A stretch of DNA of 61,676 nucleotides, the filler included, from Choristocarpus tenellus KU-1152 (lineage: Eukaryota; Protista; Phaeophyceae), in assembly GCA_964200185.2 (NCBI GenBank). It is 10 parts of 10 records of this genome, joined end to end, with 100 filler letters (N's around TTAATTAATTAA, not from the genome) between each part and the next. Parts side by side here need not be neighbours in the genome. Positions count along the whole stretch, not along the records: positions 32,547 to 43,716 come from CAXNAD020002468.1; positions 43,817 to 49,449 come from CAXNAD020010186.1; positions 49,550 to 55,115 come from CAXNAD020010402.1; 7 more parts are not named here. The stretch is one strand, 5' to 3'. The notes under the pieces were generated by a model that worked only from the letters and a program-made list of their open reading frames with translations, had not been told where the DNA came from and made no database searches. A program made the translations under genes and the position numbers. Position 1 is the stretch's first letter. The number at the start of each line of letters is the position of its first letter. Positions 37,796 through 49,870 of the stretch are shown piece after piece.

Positions 37796-40700
37796 TCAGA
37801 TAGGCTGGTCACCAGAAAGACCTGCTGAGGGCTGGATAGCCCCATAACCACCACTACCTGGAGCCTCATTCCCTTCTCTGCTTGCACTGCGTATGCTATC
37901 CTCAGCAACAGAGAACAGGCTTGGGTGGGCAGCTGAAATTGGGGCGTAGTCTTGCTCATTCTCATGTAGGCGCCCCCCAAATAGATTCTTCATGAAGCGG
38001 TTGTCGAACTTTACCCAATTCCTGAATCATCCGAAAGTATTGACATTACCACATTTAAGAAACGAAAACAAAGAGTATTGGCATTAATACATTTAAGAAT
38101 GAGAACAAAGAGTATTGACAATAAGCGAGGTGAGAAATTATTTCAAGTGCTGTCTGTTGCCCGGCATGTGAGCCATTTCATTTTACAACACACTTGAGAG
38201 TAATCCATGCCCCACGTTACACTCAAATGGTAGGAACGACATTAGAGAACACACTTCTGACACCCACTAACCAGATAGAGCTGTGACCATTATATTTTCT
38301 ACAGCTGGGAATAGAACCAAAATTGTTTGCATGATGTAAACCAACACATAACACCTCATTCAAACACAATGCCGCCCTGATAGATGGCAATGAACTGACT
38401 CTCTGTGAGCACCCAATAAAATGACTCCCTCTCTTGATCCGTGCTGACCTGTGTACAATACCCCTCATCGATGTTGAGGTGTAGACTGAGCTGGCCGTGC
38501 TGAACATGTTGAGGCTATCGCCAGAGTACATTTCACTTCCTGCAAAAGAATTGTTGTAGGATTCGCCCGGAAGCGCTGGCAGAAGAAGTTTCAAAACAAA
38601 CAGAAGTAAAGGTGATTAAAAGCATGCAGAATGACAAAATGACTTCTGGAAGAGAAGAAGGAACACCATTCCCTCTTATCACACCACAACCTGTTGCTGA
38701 ATGCAAACAATAGACTGTCTACGTCTTACATTTCACACTTCACTCACGATCCAGCCCCTAAGATTAAAACATTTCAAACAAAAAAACGCCTTCCTACACT
38801 GTTATCGGGTACGCACGCGCACAACCAGAAAAAGCACAGACTGCAGTAGCACTTGCTGGCAAGGGGCATCATTGATCTATCTTTAAAAAATCCCTAAGTC
38901 AACTAGCAAGCATTTCAAACTCCACAATCTTGTGTGAACACTACTCACTGTACTGGAAGGCACTGGGTCGCTTTGGCGCCGAAGCCTCAGGTACAAGGCC
39001 CTTTGTGAAGAAAGGCATCACGGCCCCGAAGAAGATGGTTGTGAAGATAATCACACCCAGTGATGTCGTCACCATCACACCCCGGTGTGGATCATCCAGT
39101 TGGACAACCTTTCATGAGCAACATTGAAGATAGAGGGTAGTCCAACGAGGTCTTAGAAAAGAGGTTTCATAAACACAAATCTTCGCATCTCACCAAAATA
39201 TAATTCGCGGAGGATGCTTAGTCTAGGAGATTTGATTCTGATGTCTTGTCAGTGTATGCCTGGTGCACTCATTGGAAAGATCACAGTCCCAGGTGTGAAT
39301 GTCTGATGCCAACAATTTGAAAAGTGGCAACATTGATGGGTAGGAAGTTGCAGAATAGATGCACCTGGTTGACCCAGGATGACAAAATAGACAAAAGATG
39401 ATTCCGACAAAGATTTTTGGTACGTACAGTACCCAATTTTTTCAATTATAGTCAAGCATGGCAATTTCTAAAAGTTGTACCACTAAAACTTCAATATCAA
39501 TGCCATTGAATTCAAGATGATACAGCAAACCCTCAAAATTTTGGTCATGCACTCCAAAACTGCAGTATGAAACTTCTGAAAATAACTGTTACTCCTTTCA
39601 GCTGTATCACCTAGTAGGTCTCCTTTGCCATTAAAGGGGTCAATGTGCTCACAAAAAAATGAGCATTAAAAAACCTAATCAATGTACAGAACTGCAGAAA
39701 ACAAAGATGTCCTTTGGATGCCTTATGTTGGAGCAACGTCATACCTGCGCCCATGTAATTGCTCCACGAACCAATCCGCCAAAGTAGAGCACATGTTGCT
39801 CTGCAATGCGCATGGAGAAGCTCTTGGGAAAGATTATCCACCCCCCCAGACAGATGCCATATATTGCAACGCCCCTGAGCATGCGACAACATGTGCAAAT
39901 GGTTACCTCATGTGCAATTGGCCAAGACCACAATAACAAATGCTAAAAGATCTGCGTGTAGCGAGCAGACAATTTTATCAACCCAAGAGCTTCACAAACG
40001 AATCTGTTTCATAGTGTGTAGTATTTTCCTTCCACACCACACCTCAATACCACGCTTCGTTAAAGTATGGTAAAAAAAAACAGATGAACCATCCCGCATT
40101 TTCTAGTCCCTTCAGGCTACCTCTACCCAACATAGGGATAGGGCACACTCTGTGTGGCCCTAGCCGTGCCTGAAACTACTTGGGTCATGTAAAGTGTGCC
40201 TTTGCACAGAATTGTGTTAGGTGTGTATGACTTTCGAAACTTATTCAGCACTAGGGTATGAGAGAAGTAGCATGTGGGGAAGCACTACAAAAACCACACG
40301 ATAAGATAATAGAATGGATAAATGACCTGAACCCTTCCACCATGGACAATGTTCAGATTGTTCCAACATGCGCTTACCTTGCAATCATGAGCACCAAAGT
40401 CATCACCACAACAAACTCCCAACACCATTGGCTGGCATCAAACTCATGTACACTGAGGCCAACAGCTGCAAAGCAGTACGCCTCTGCGATCATGCTGCCT
40501 GTGTCTGAAGTAATCTTTGACGCAATCTGAGTGGTTTGGAGAATCAGGATACATACTCAGCAGCTTACAATACATTTGAGACAACTGAATAGAGACCTGC
40601 ATCGAAAATATTGTCCAATAAGTGCAGAAACACTAACCAAATTCTGAACTCGGTTGCTCCTTTCTTGTCCATGTTCTTTCTCCAGGATACTTATGACAGC

Positions 40701-43048
40701 AAGATGTTTGTACTCCAATTAAACAGCATACTACTGCAGCTGTAACCTATATTGAACATTAAGATACAACTCTTCCACTGGGGCAGAGAGTCGCTGTCCT
40801 CTCCAGCAGAACAGTAGTATCTCAATTATTGACAGAATCAGAACTTGCAGGATTCTAACACTAGCTTGATCATTTTCTTGATTCCCTTTTGAGTATGGAG
40901 GAATACTGCGTGCCTTGCTTTGTGATTTTGCCAAGGAGACAATGTTCCTACAGAAAGTGAAACATTTTGTAGGGTCTGAGATGGAGTACTACATGCAGTC
41001 ATTTAAGGATAACAATGTGGCGATCTAGTTGGCTAAGAAGACCCTATCCGGGAGAAGAACAGAGCACATAGGTACAAAGTAACATTATTTGAGGAATTAT
41101 TTGACTAGATGATTAAGGGTTAGGGTTTGGCATGCGCCCACAGTCGACCAGCATGCTGACTTGCTCACAGAGGTTATGGGCAAAGAGCAACTTGAATTTC
41201 ACACTAGAACAGTCGTGCACTGGTAGTGTTTGATGTGGGATTGTATTCTAATTCTTGGATGGTGAGAAATATGATGTAGGGCTATTCATATGGAACAGGG
41301 CTCACTTCACACTCAGACCAGGCGAGTGTATGAAGATTGGTACTTGAATGCTTACTCTGTGAATCTTGAATTGTGCTAGTGCGGTTGCAATAAAGGACAT
41401 GGTGATCAGAGGCACACCACATCAATAGCATTATATTTGGTTTAGGGTTGAAGTTGACAAGACACCATGGATAATAGATGTAGAATGTGAGACAGGGTTT
41501 GGGGTACAGGCAAACTGGAAAATGTAATGATTGAAATGGGCCACTCAGGGAGAGTGCGCTAATAGCGCAGTGTTGGTCCACAGATTATGCTGGATAGGTT
41601 CTCAGTCTCTAATTTTTCCAAACACTGAGATACTGCTGTTCCACTGGGGCAGACAGACCCATTTAACGGCATCAAGGCATGATTATGGATCTTACATTTG
41701 GTGTGTGGAAAGTCTTTGGAAATGCCCAGTGGCCAAAAGCACACATTGTCACAAGCATGAATCTCATAATCAATCATCTGCCAACACTTCTTGGTAATGG
41801 AAACAACTACGCTTCTGCTTTCGCTATCATTCCGGAATTCCATACCTGTGCATCCTTCCCAAGGGAGTGCCATGCATAGTGACTGAGTGTAACACCACAA
41901 AAGAAGACTGCAAGTATACCGCTCAGGTCCAAAGCCTCGCTCACACTGCACAGGAAGGAGCACAAGAGACATGCAGGGATGGGTTTGCTGTCCATACTTA
42001 CAGCTATAGTATCAATCCTTCCTCAAATATAGCATTGTTGTATTTCTTTGAACCCCCAATACAAACCAGGCAAACCCAGGTCCAATGTAGTGACTGGTTC
42101 AATAGGCCTTCTGACAGACCCTCTACTCAAAGGTTAACTCTCCGTTGAGTTATCAAGTGGGATCAATGGATGCTGGGAAGGTATCACCAAAATGCATTTG
42201 AGGAATATTTCCTAGAGGATAGGTGTTACTTCTATCCAGCATGGGACTCAGTACAACTTACGAAGGATAGTTATCAGGGTATTTGCGGAAATGAGATAAC
42301 TGCTCACATCCACACTTCTTTCCTCTCCAATGGGTAGGATAAAAGGAGATTTTACAGGTTGACTCGGAGGTTCGGCAGAGATAGGGTCTAAGTCTTTCAA
42401 TCTACACCTCATTTAAAGTCACCATCCAATTAAAATACATCCCTGAGTTTTCAAATTCAAAAGGAACAATAACAACGACAGTTCTGTTACACTTTTAACA
42501 ATAGAAAGCACCAAGAAGATGTGGATAAAAGACTGCTCTCACGTTTCTGCATTTACAGAGAGTTCAACAGACTACAAGATGGATACTAGAGTGAAGAGCA
42601 ACGTAAACTCTTCATGCGTACACATCTTGGCAGGCGTTATGGATCGATCACCGCGAGACAAAAAAAGCACCAGTTGAAACTGAGAACTACCTCAAAATAG
42701 TTCAAGAAGGCAAAGTGTTCAGTCTCAACAACTACTTCATTCTGAAGTGAACCCTACACAAGGCATGAGCAGCCTCCACATGCAGGGCATCAATACTCTT
42801 GAATGTGAGTACCAAATTTTTTTTCACCTGAACGATAGGTAGCCCCCAAGCATGAGGATTGCAGTTTGCCGAACCGGACTTGATTGCAAGGTATCAAGGG
42901 TTTTCAACAGGCGGGATATCAGTAACCCAAAGCCCAGTCCCACAGCAGCTGCTGTAATCAGGACATACATCGCCCCTGCTACAATTGCTGTGAAAGCAAG
43001 GGATGAGCCTCCTGAGTCTTCGCTCTCGCTCTCTCCATCAGCTCTCAC
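37796..43048 (-). CDS. NHX: CPA1/NHX-type Na+(K+)/H+ exchanger, last 7 exons (5' partial)
   Basis: Exons 43048-42828, 41945-41846, 40526-40378, 39874-39745, 39108-38949, 38575-38449, 38021-37796, all phase-compatible. LSGILAVFFCGVTLSHY, GGLVRGAI, HRNWVKFDNRFMKNLFGG. Confidence 0.92.
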
Positions 43049-43673
43049 CTGTTTCAAAATAGACGTTTAGATTGTCAGCATGCACTAGGATAAGTTTGGG
43101 AACGCAACGGACGAACCCTATGACGAGTGAATCAAACTGACCCCAGTTCCTCAAATTGAAAATCAAACAAAGCCTTGCTTGCTTCAGGTCATCCGAGTGC
43201 TTTTCCAGGGTGCGTTTATTTTTTGACTCACAAATATTTAGATACTACAGACCTCTGCGCTGCAGGTCCAAGTAGTGGAACGGTCACACTTTTACTTGCC
43301 AAAGAAAAGGGAAGTCTTACGTTTGTGATACTGATATGGCATACACCGCAGAATTATACACTGAAAGTGAGAGGGCCGTGTTTCTTGTCCAATGTCTTCA
43401 TGAAGGCTTATGCTGAAGTAATCACAGCCCGATGGCAAAGATGTAGTACCATTTATTCAAAAGATTGTGATTGCATACCCAATCTCAGAACTGCCTTGAG
43501 GGGAGTGTGACATGCTCAATCAACACAAATATTATTGCCTAATACCTAGTACAGAGATGCCACAGGCATGACAAGAACCGCGCTCTCATAACAACCTTCT
43601 CAGTCTCATGGCCAAGATCAAGTATAAAATACCACTATTGTGAACCGAAAGATTAGAGATACAATTAAATTGG

Positions 43674-43911
43674 GGGTCAAAGTATCTGGGTGGGGGAGGG
43701 GGGGGGGGGGGGGGGGNNNNNNNNNNNNNNNNNNNNNNNNNNNNNNNNNNNNNNNNNNNNTTAATTAATTAANNNNNNNNNNNNNNNNNNNNNNNNNNNN
43801 NNNNNNNNNNNNNNNNTATGCCAGATGGATAATGTAAATGCCTTTTTCCTGATTTTTGTCCAAATGGAAACCATGGTTTAGACTCCCCCCCCCCCCCAGA
43901 TACTTTGGGTC
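43674..43911. mobile_element. Two MITE subfamily A partial copies flanking a linker (43674-43716 and 43817-43911)
   Basis: GGGTCAAAGTATCTGGG on the left and CCAGATACTTTGGGTC on the right. The flanks do not match, so these are probably different insertions. Confidence 0.8.
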
Positions 43912-44431
43912 AGAAAAAATAAGTTTACCAGAGCTTCCCTTGGAATGGTGTGGAGAAGTTGAACTGCTGGTGGGGTGGTGTGTGTCATGGACAGGGAGAA
44001 CATCCAGCAGGGGAAATGATCATGAGATGGGGCACAAGCAGGTCTCTCAACGACCGATGCAGAGAAAGAACATTCCAAAAAAGACCTGATTAAGTGGTGG
44101 TTGGAGAGGACTTTACGCTTTCCGCGCTTGGTCAAATTTGCCTACCATATTATTATAACTCCTGTTTCACCGACTGGCGGAGTTGGAGGGGATGCCCTGA
44201 ACATCTGGGAATATTTCAAGACCAAAACAAAAGACACCAAGAGACTCAGAGAATGGTGGAGCTCTTGATATCCCTGTGCAACTCCTGGCTGGAGGAGATC
44301 TGAAGTTTGTGCGTGGCAAGTTGACCAAGGAAAAAAAAAACCGGCACAGAGATCAATATTCACAGTAGCAATGCATAGTCACGAACAAACACTCAAGGAG
44401 AGACTATTTGTGAGCCAAAGTAAACTAGAAG

Positions 44432-44690
44432 TACCCAGGTTTTGGCCATTTTGCACTATTAGTCATTTTTTTCAATCTTTTTCAATTTGCCCATAATTCC
44501 TATGGATGAAGTACTAAGATTGACTTGAGCGCGTTAGTTTCTCGATTGTTTGAAACATTTCAATAGGATTCTGAGAACCTCCAATACACACTTGGAAAAA
44601 AAGCCAAATTTTGCACATATTTGTCAGCATCCTTGAAATGCAGCTATGGACACCTCTCTTTTCTTCGGCCCTCTCACATACTCTGGCATA
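44432..44690 (+). repeat. Dispersed repeat Y, second copy
   Basis: Collinear with 34650-34905. Confidence 0.7.
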
Positions 44691-46132
44691 CTTTGAAACA
44701 AGAGTATGTGCGTGTTCTTGTCAACCATTATACCAGCTTTTCTTCAGTCTCTTAGACAAGAACAGTTCAACTCAGATGGACTTAACAATGTTTGATACAA
44801 TTGAGTTCCCACAAAAAAATGTTCTACGGGAATGTCTTTGTTGTAAGCATTACACATGATGTTGCATTGTAGTATATTGCATTTGCTAGGAAAATATTTA
44901 AGTCTACCATCAACAAACCAAGTCTGAAAATCATAATATTCTGCCTTATCGCATGGAGCATGTGCTGAAAGGTGAACGGTGAATATATACCCCGAATACG
45001 GCCTATATACATAGCAGGATCAGCGACCAGCATGAGGCTACCTGCACGTGGGAGACAGACACGATCCTAGCTCACGACTTAAGGGGTCTCCAAGAGAAGC
45101 TATTCCTTGTGTTGTCATGCAATCTAGTGTTCAATCAACCTACACCCAAACTAGTAAGGAGGCACCTACCAACAGAGCACCAAAAAAGTTGCACTTTCTT
45201 TGTCTCCCTGCTGACAATGCCAACAAATTGTCACTGGATATGCAGTTCTTCGAAGCACTTTCTTGACAGCACCGGAAATCGAAACTCTCTAGCCATAGTT
45301 ATGAATAGTTAATTGGTATTGGTGTGCAATATTGGACAATACAAAACTACCACGTGAATAGAGTACAATGTCCACCACCTAATGACTCATCTCACACAGT
45401 CGTATTGTTCCGTGAGGGGATCACCTCACCATTTTGATTGAGATTGTGCGAAGTTTCGTAGAGGAGATATAATGGAGAAGTCCTAGAGTTTGAAATTTGG
45501 CTGGATACTGCTACTGCTTCAGAAGTCCCTGGGTGCCATGGAGTATTTTGTTGTTCGTTTGTAATTTTGGGTCACGTACAGTATCTAGAGGAACCTGATC
45601 CCACATGGAATTTCTTAGGTAACTCATATATCTCCTTGTGTACCGCGCTCCATAGTTTGCACATGGTGAAAAAATATGTATTCTCACGTTTTGCACTGAC
45701 ACGGGTATATTCAAAAGATTAATCGGGAATAGTTACACCCTTCGTACTTCGAAGTACAAACGAACAAAGACAAGTGCAAAGAAGTTGTCTACATCACAAA
45801 TAATGATGCGCTTCTTGGCTGTACGGTGGGAGAGGGACATAAACCAGATCCAAGTTACGAAAATCGACCAACTCTCCAGCACTACTGATTTGCATCTTCT
45901 TGGACACACGGTTTTTCGTCCTCAAATTCCTGGGGCCGTGTGACTGGTTAGAGTCGTGGGATGGTCTGCTGCATACACCCAAAGTTGGCACAGGTGGCTA
46001 GAATTTTTGTTGAATGTTGCACATCGCAGCATTTTAGTAAGATCCCCCGCTTTTTGGCATGCCACCACTGGGTTTCCCCTTTCGGGTCACCAATCCATTA
46101 CTTTTTGACGAGCACCATACAATTTACGACAC

Positions 46133-46357
46133 TTCAACACAGGTTCCGTCTTCGCACCTCAGAGTCTCTGTGTAGTCTGCATCGGCTCCAGAAGTACTAC
46201 ATGCTGTAATGGTGACACCAGGTTGATGAAGCGAGGGTGCGTACAGGCAATATCCCGATTTGAGACTGCCCAGAAAAAGACCTACATATAGCACAATGGT
46301 GGTGCTTCTTGTTTGAGGCATTCTTCTCCTCCATGAGGTCTTGGGTTCTTCCTTCAT
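46133..46357 (-). CDS. First exon of a secreted YHYH-domain protein paralog (downstream exons not found)
   Basis: MPQTRSTTIVLYVGLFLGSLKSGY...VTITACSTSGADADYTETLRCEDGTCVE aligns with exon 1 of the plus-strand copy. Confidence 0.6.
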
Positions 46358-47449
46358 TAATGCGGAAACGGGGCGATGAGTAATCTTCTCATCAGTACTG
46401 CCTTCTCTTAGGAATTATGGATAGTGTTGTGTGGATGCTAGCCCTACCACGATGGGATATCAAACTCCTTTGTGAATTCTAATTGAATGTTGCCAGCTTC
46501 AGCTGGAGAGAGGAGTGGTAGGTAGCATCGTCTCTTCGAAGAAAAGTGTCTTGCTTACCATTGTTGGGGTGGGTCTCCTTTCGAAATAACGATATCCTAT
46601 TAGGTGTTGAGATTGTAGAAACTGTTTTTTGTAGTTTTTATTTTTGTTCGTTGACAGGACTAGGGACCTTGGGGCATCGAATAGTTGTAGAAGCAAAAGA
46701 GACCGTTTTAGGTTTCGTAAATGAAGATGAAGGCAGAATACTTACCGAGTTTTATTTCTTTTGAAGTTTCATTTTTCAATCATACTTTCATTACATAACA
46801 AACTCGACAAAAATGTGGGTTAGACATTACACTTAATGTAATATGCTACATTGTAATACTATCAATAATATTTCAATTCATTCCGTATTTTCTATTGTAT
46901 TTTCCTCCCACCTCCCCCTTACTCTTCTTGTTTTCCAACATTTCACAACCAATGCACTACTTTATAATTATTTTTATGATAACCTTTCAGAATAATGGAG
47001 TAATTAATACTAATACATGTCACTATTAGTTGATTATTATATACACTAGGACGAATTTGGGAACGTTCAGGTATATTATACAAATCTCAAAATATATTCT
47101 GTAAGGGGAAAGGACCTCAAATCGAACCACCCAGCACCATCTCAATCACAGCAATATTCCAATAACCCTCCCGCAGACCGTATTCATCTCAACAGAGACG
47201 AGATCATTGCCCCAAACGTTCTTAGGTAGTAAACACTGGGCACCATTCCTCTCCAGGGTGTAGTGATTTTTTTTCTTAGATCTGCGGTGGTGGTGCAGCA
47301 TTCGTCCAGCCACTTTCTGTAGAGGGACTAGTGTTTTCGACTCCTAAACAGCGATAGCTCTCTCCCCACACAAAAGTAATAATACAAAGGAATGACCTCG
47401 CCTCCTCCGCCTCAACCAAGGAATACTCGAATAGTTGGTAGAGGACACG

Positions 47450-48864
47450 ATGCCTCAGACCATGTGAACTACCCTTGTGCTGTCAGTAGCTCTTCTCCTC
47501 GTCAAGCTCAACTACGGGTATGGTCAGCCTGGAGGCACACCTATTGTCACCATCACAACATGTGACACTGCTGGGGCTCATGCGGATAATATAGAGACTC
47601 TCAGGTGCGAAGAATAGAGCTTTGTTGAGGTTTGTGGCTCGGGCCGTAGATGGCCAGTGTGCGAAGTTCCATCAGGTTGGAGTAGCGAACCCAGAGGGGT
47701 GTGTGTGTCCAGGTGACAGAAAGGGAGTATGAGAGGTGTGGTGAAGTCAGCTACGAGAAACTGGACTTCTAGCATTCAGCATAAACTCTGGATTGTATGC
47801 AAGCGGACTCAAGGCTCGAAACGTTTTGACCAGGAAATTGAGAAACTTGTCCCTGAAAGGTACATACAGCACAAAAAAGTGCTACAAGTGCACTGTTTTC
47901 CGTCATGTGAGCCTGGTCATCATCTCGTTTCCAGCACCGAATCCCTATGTAAAGTGAAACGCTCTTTCTCTCAATCCATGCCGGTGTTACCATTTAGGTT
48001 TCAACCTCCATGCTGATGCGAGTACATACATTGGCACGGAGTTCAGGAATGTAGTTGTAGAAAACTAGTTTGGGATTTTGTTCGAGGTGCACTGAAACGA
48101 TAGGACGAGTACATGCTAATGAAAATAAGTCTTACCGTAACCGTTTACGGTAAGTGCTTCCCTCCCCTGCCATACGCTTCCCTGGTGTCCCTCCTCACCA
48201 CTTCCATCTGTTCCTATACCGAGTGCTTTGTCGTTTCATGTGAACCTGGTCAATATTTTCTGTTGATGGTTGCTTGTTTCCAGTGGCACTGGTACCACCC
48301 AGGAGCGCATTGTGGAGACCACATCAGGTTGCCCAAATCACTACAACTTTCCCATTGGGGAAAAACTAACGATGCAGCGGTGAGAGAAGGATTATGGGAG
48401 GGAAGATGCTATATACCAATATATTGCTTCACTTCTGACGATTTCATGTACGACTCAAAATTCGGCATATACATTGGATGTCATGGCTTTGTTTCTAAGG
48501 GTAGCTAGATCATTGGTGTTTCGTTGGTGTGAGGGAACAGATGACACAATTATATTCATTATAAAAAAGGGATGGGGATCTCCAAACCCGAATATGCACT
48601 TCTTCGTCAAGAACAACCTCCTAACAAATTTTCCACCCCTGACATTCTGTATGGCTTTCCTTTTTCCATCATAATTTAGGCGAGGAATGAACCCTATAAC
48701 ATGAACTTATTTAGCCCCAATTTCGTCCATATTACTCAGGTGAACGAGGAATCATCGACTATCCCTGCATACCCCATGCTCATTGACGATCTTGGGACAG
48801 GAGTGTCATTATCCACCAAGGGTGGACACATTGGTTTGGCTCGGAACGGGGTTTCCATCTATGA
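47450..48864 (+). pseudogene. YHYH-domain protein pseudogene (3' partial)
   Basis: Exons 47450-47629 (stops TGA 47465 and TAG 47615), 48284-48379 (TSGCPNHY, 1 nt short) and 48740-48864 (IPAYP...GGHIGLARNGVSIY). CPxH and GxIGxAxNGVxIY are YHYH-family-type motifs. Confidence 0.72.
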
Positions 48865-49035
48865 GTAAGGCATAATTTGCCTGTGTTTATATAATGTGGG
48901 ATCATATCGTATCTTCCCTCAGTTGTACTGCAATGATAGCATGGTTAAGGGGTACCACAGTAGCAGCAAATATGATTGTTATCTGTGAATTTCATGACAA
49001 TTATGTTTTGATTGTTGAACTTTACACAAGTTGGA

Positions 49036-49291
49036 GAGTGAAAATATCTTAGAGGGTACGAGTTTTCCCCTACTTGTCCGTTTGGACCTTGGCTTCCCAC
49101 GGGTTTTTTATGACATTTCCTACTCTGAAAGTTTCGGAGTAGGTAAAATGTACCCATCTATGAAAGGTGTGTCCAGAACAAGGATATCAACACTTCCTAA
49201 CAAATACGATAGCCAAAATTACGTCAAAATCGGAACATTGGATTTTGGCCCCCAAATGAATGCAGCTCTACCCTCAAAGTTACTTTGACTC
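49036..49291 (-). mobile_element. MITE subfamily B, complete, 4-bp TSD TGGA
   Basis: TGGA|GAGTGAAAATATCTTAGAGGGTA...TACCCTCAAAGTTACTTTGACTC|TGGA. Confidence 0.92.
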
Positions 49292-49428
49292 TGGACAAAT
49301 CATGATTTAACTCACTTGTGCTTCGCAAATCAATACGAAATAAATATGTGCAAATATTTTAATGTGAAGTTTGAAGGAGTGATGAAGATGTACAAATACT
49401 TTTTAACCAGGAATCCTGTACCTCAAAT

Positions 49429-49698
49429 GGGTCAAAGTATCTTGGGGGGNNNNNNNNNNNNNNNNNNNNNNNNNNNNNNNNNNNNNNNNNNNNTTAATTA
49501 ATTAANNNNNNNNNNNNNNNNNNNNNNNNNNNNNNNNNNNNNNNNNNNNTTCGGACACACTTTTTCATAACGTACACATTTTACCTACTCCTAAACATTT
49601 TGGAGTAGGAAAATGTCATTAAAAAGCCCATGGGAAGTCAAGCCCCAACTGGACAAACAGGGCAAAACTCGTACCCTAACCCTAAGATAATTTCACTC
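49429..49698. mobile_element. MITE A start (49429-49449) and MITE B right half (49550-49698) on either side of a linker
   Basis: GGGTCAAAGTATCTTGGGG; then GGACACAC...CCTACTCCTAAACATTTTGGAGTAGG...AGATAATTTCACTC. Confidence 0.85.
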
Positions 49699-49797
49699 AT
49701 TCGAAGATTAACACTGCTGATACTGCAAAAATCTATTTTCACTGGTGTACATTGATGCCTCTTAGACAAGAGGCCTGTTTGACAAAGTCTTCTTCCT

Positions 49798-49830
49798 TCC
49801 ATCCATCCATCCATCCATCCATCCATCAAC
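49798..49830 (+). repeat. (CCAT)n microsatellite
   Basis: Directly visible tandem TCCA units. Confidence 0.85.
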
Positions 49831-49870
49831 CCATCAATCCCATCTATCAAGCCATTTGCTTTCAACCCAC

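Noticed and set aside
41112-41130. Interstitial telomere-like TTAGGG (also 49674-49686)
   Set aside because: Only about two units, expected by chance.
47465-47467. In-frame TGA as selenocysteine or readthrough
   Set aside because: It lies in the signal peptide, and the same gene also has a TAG and a frameshift.
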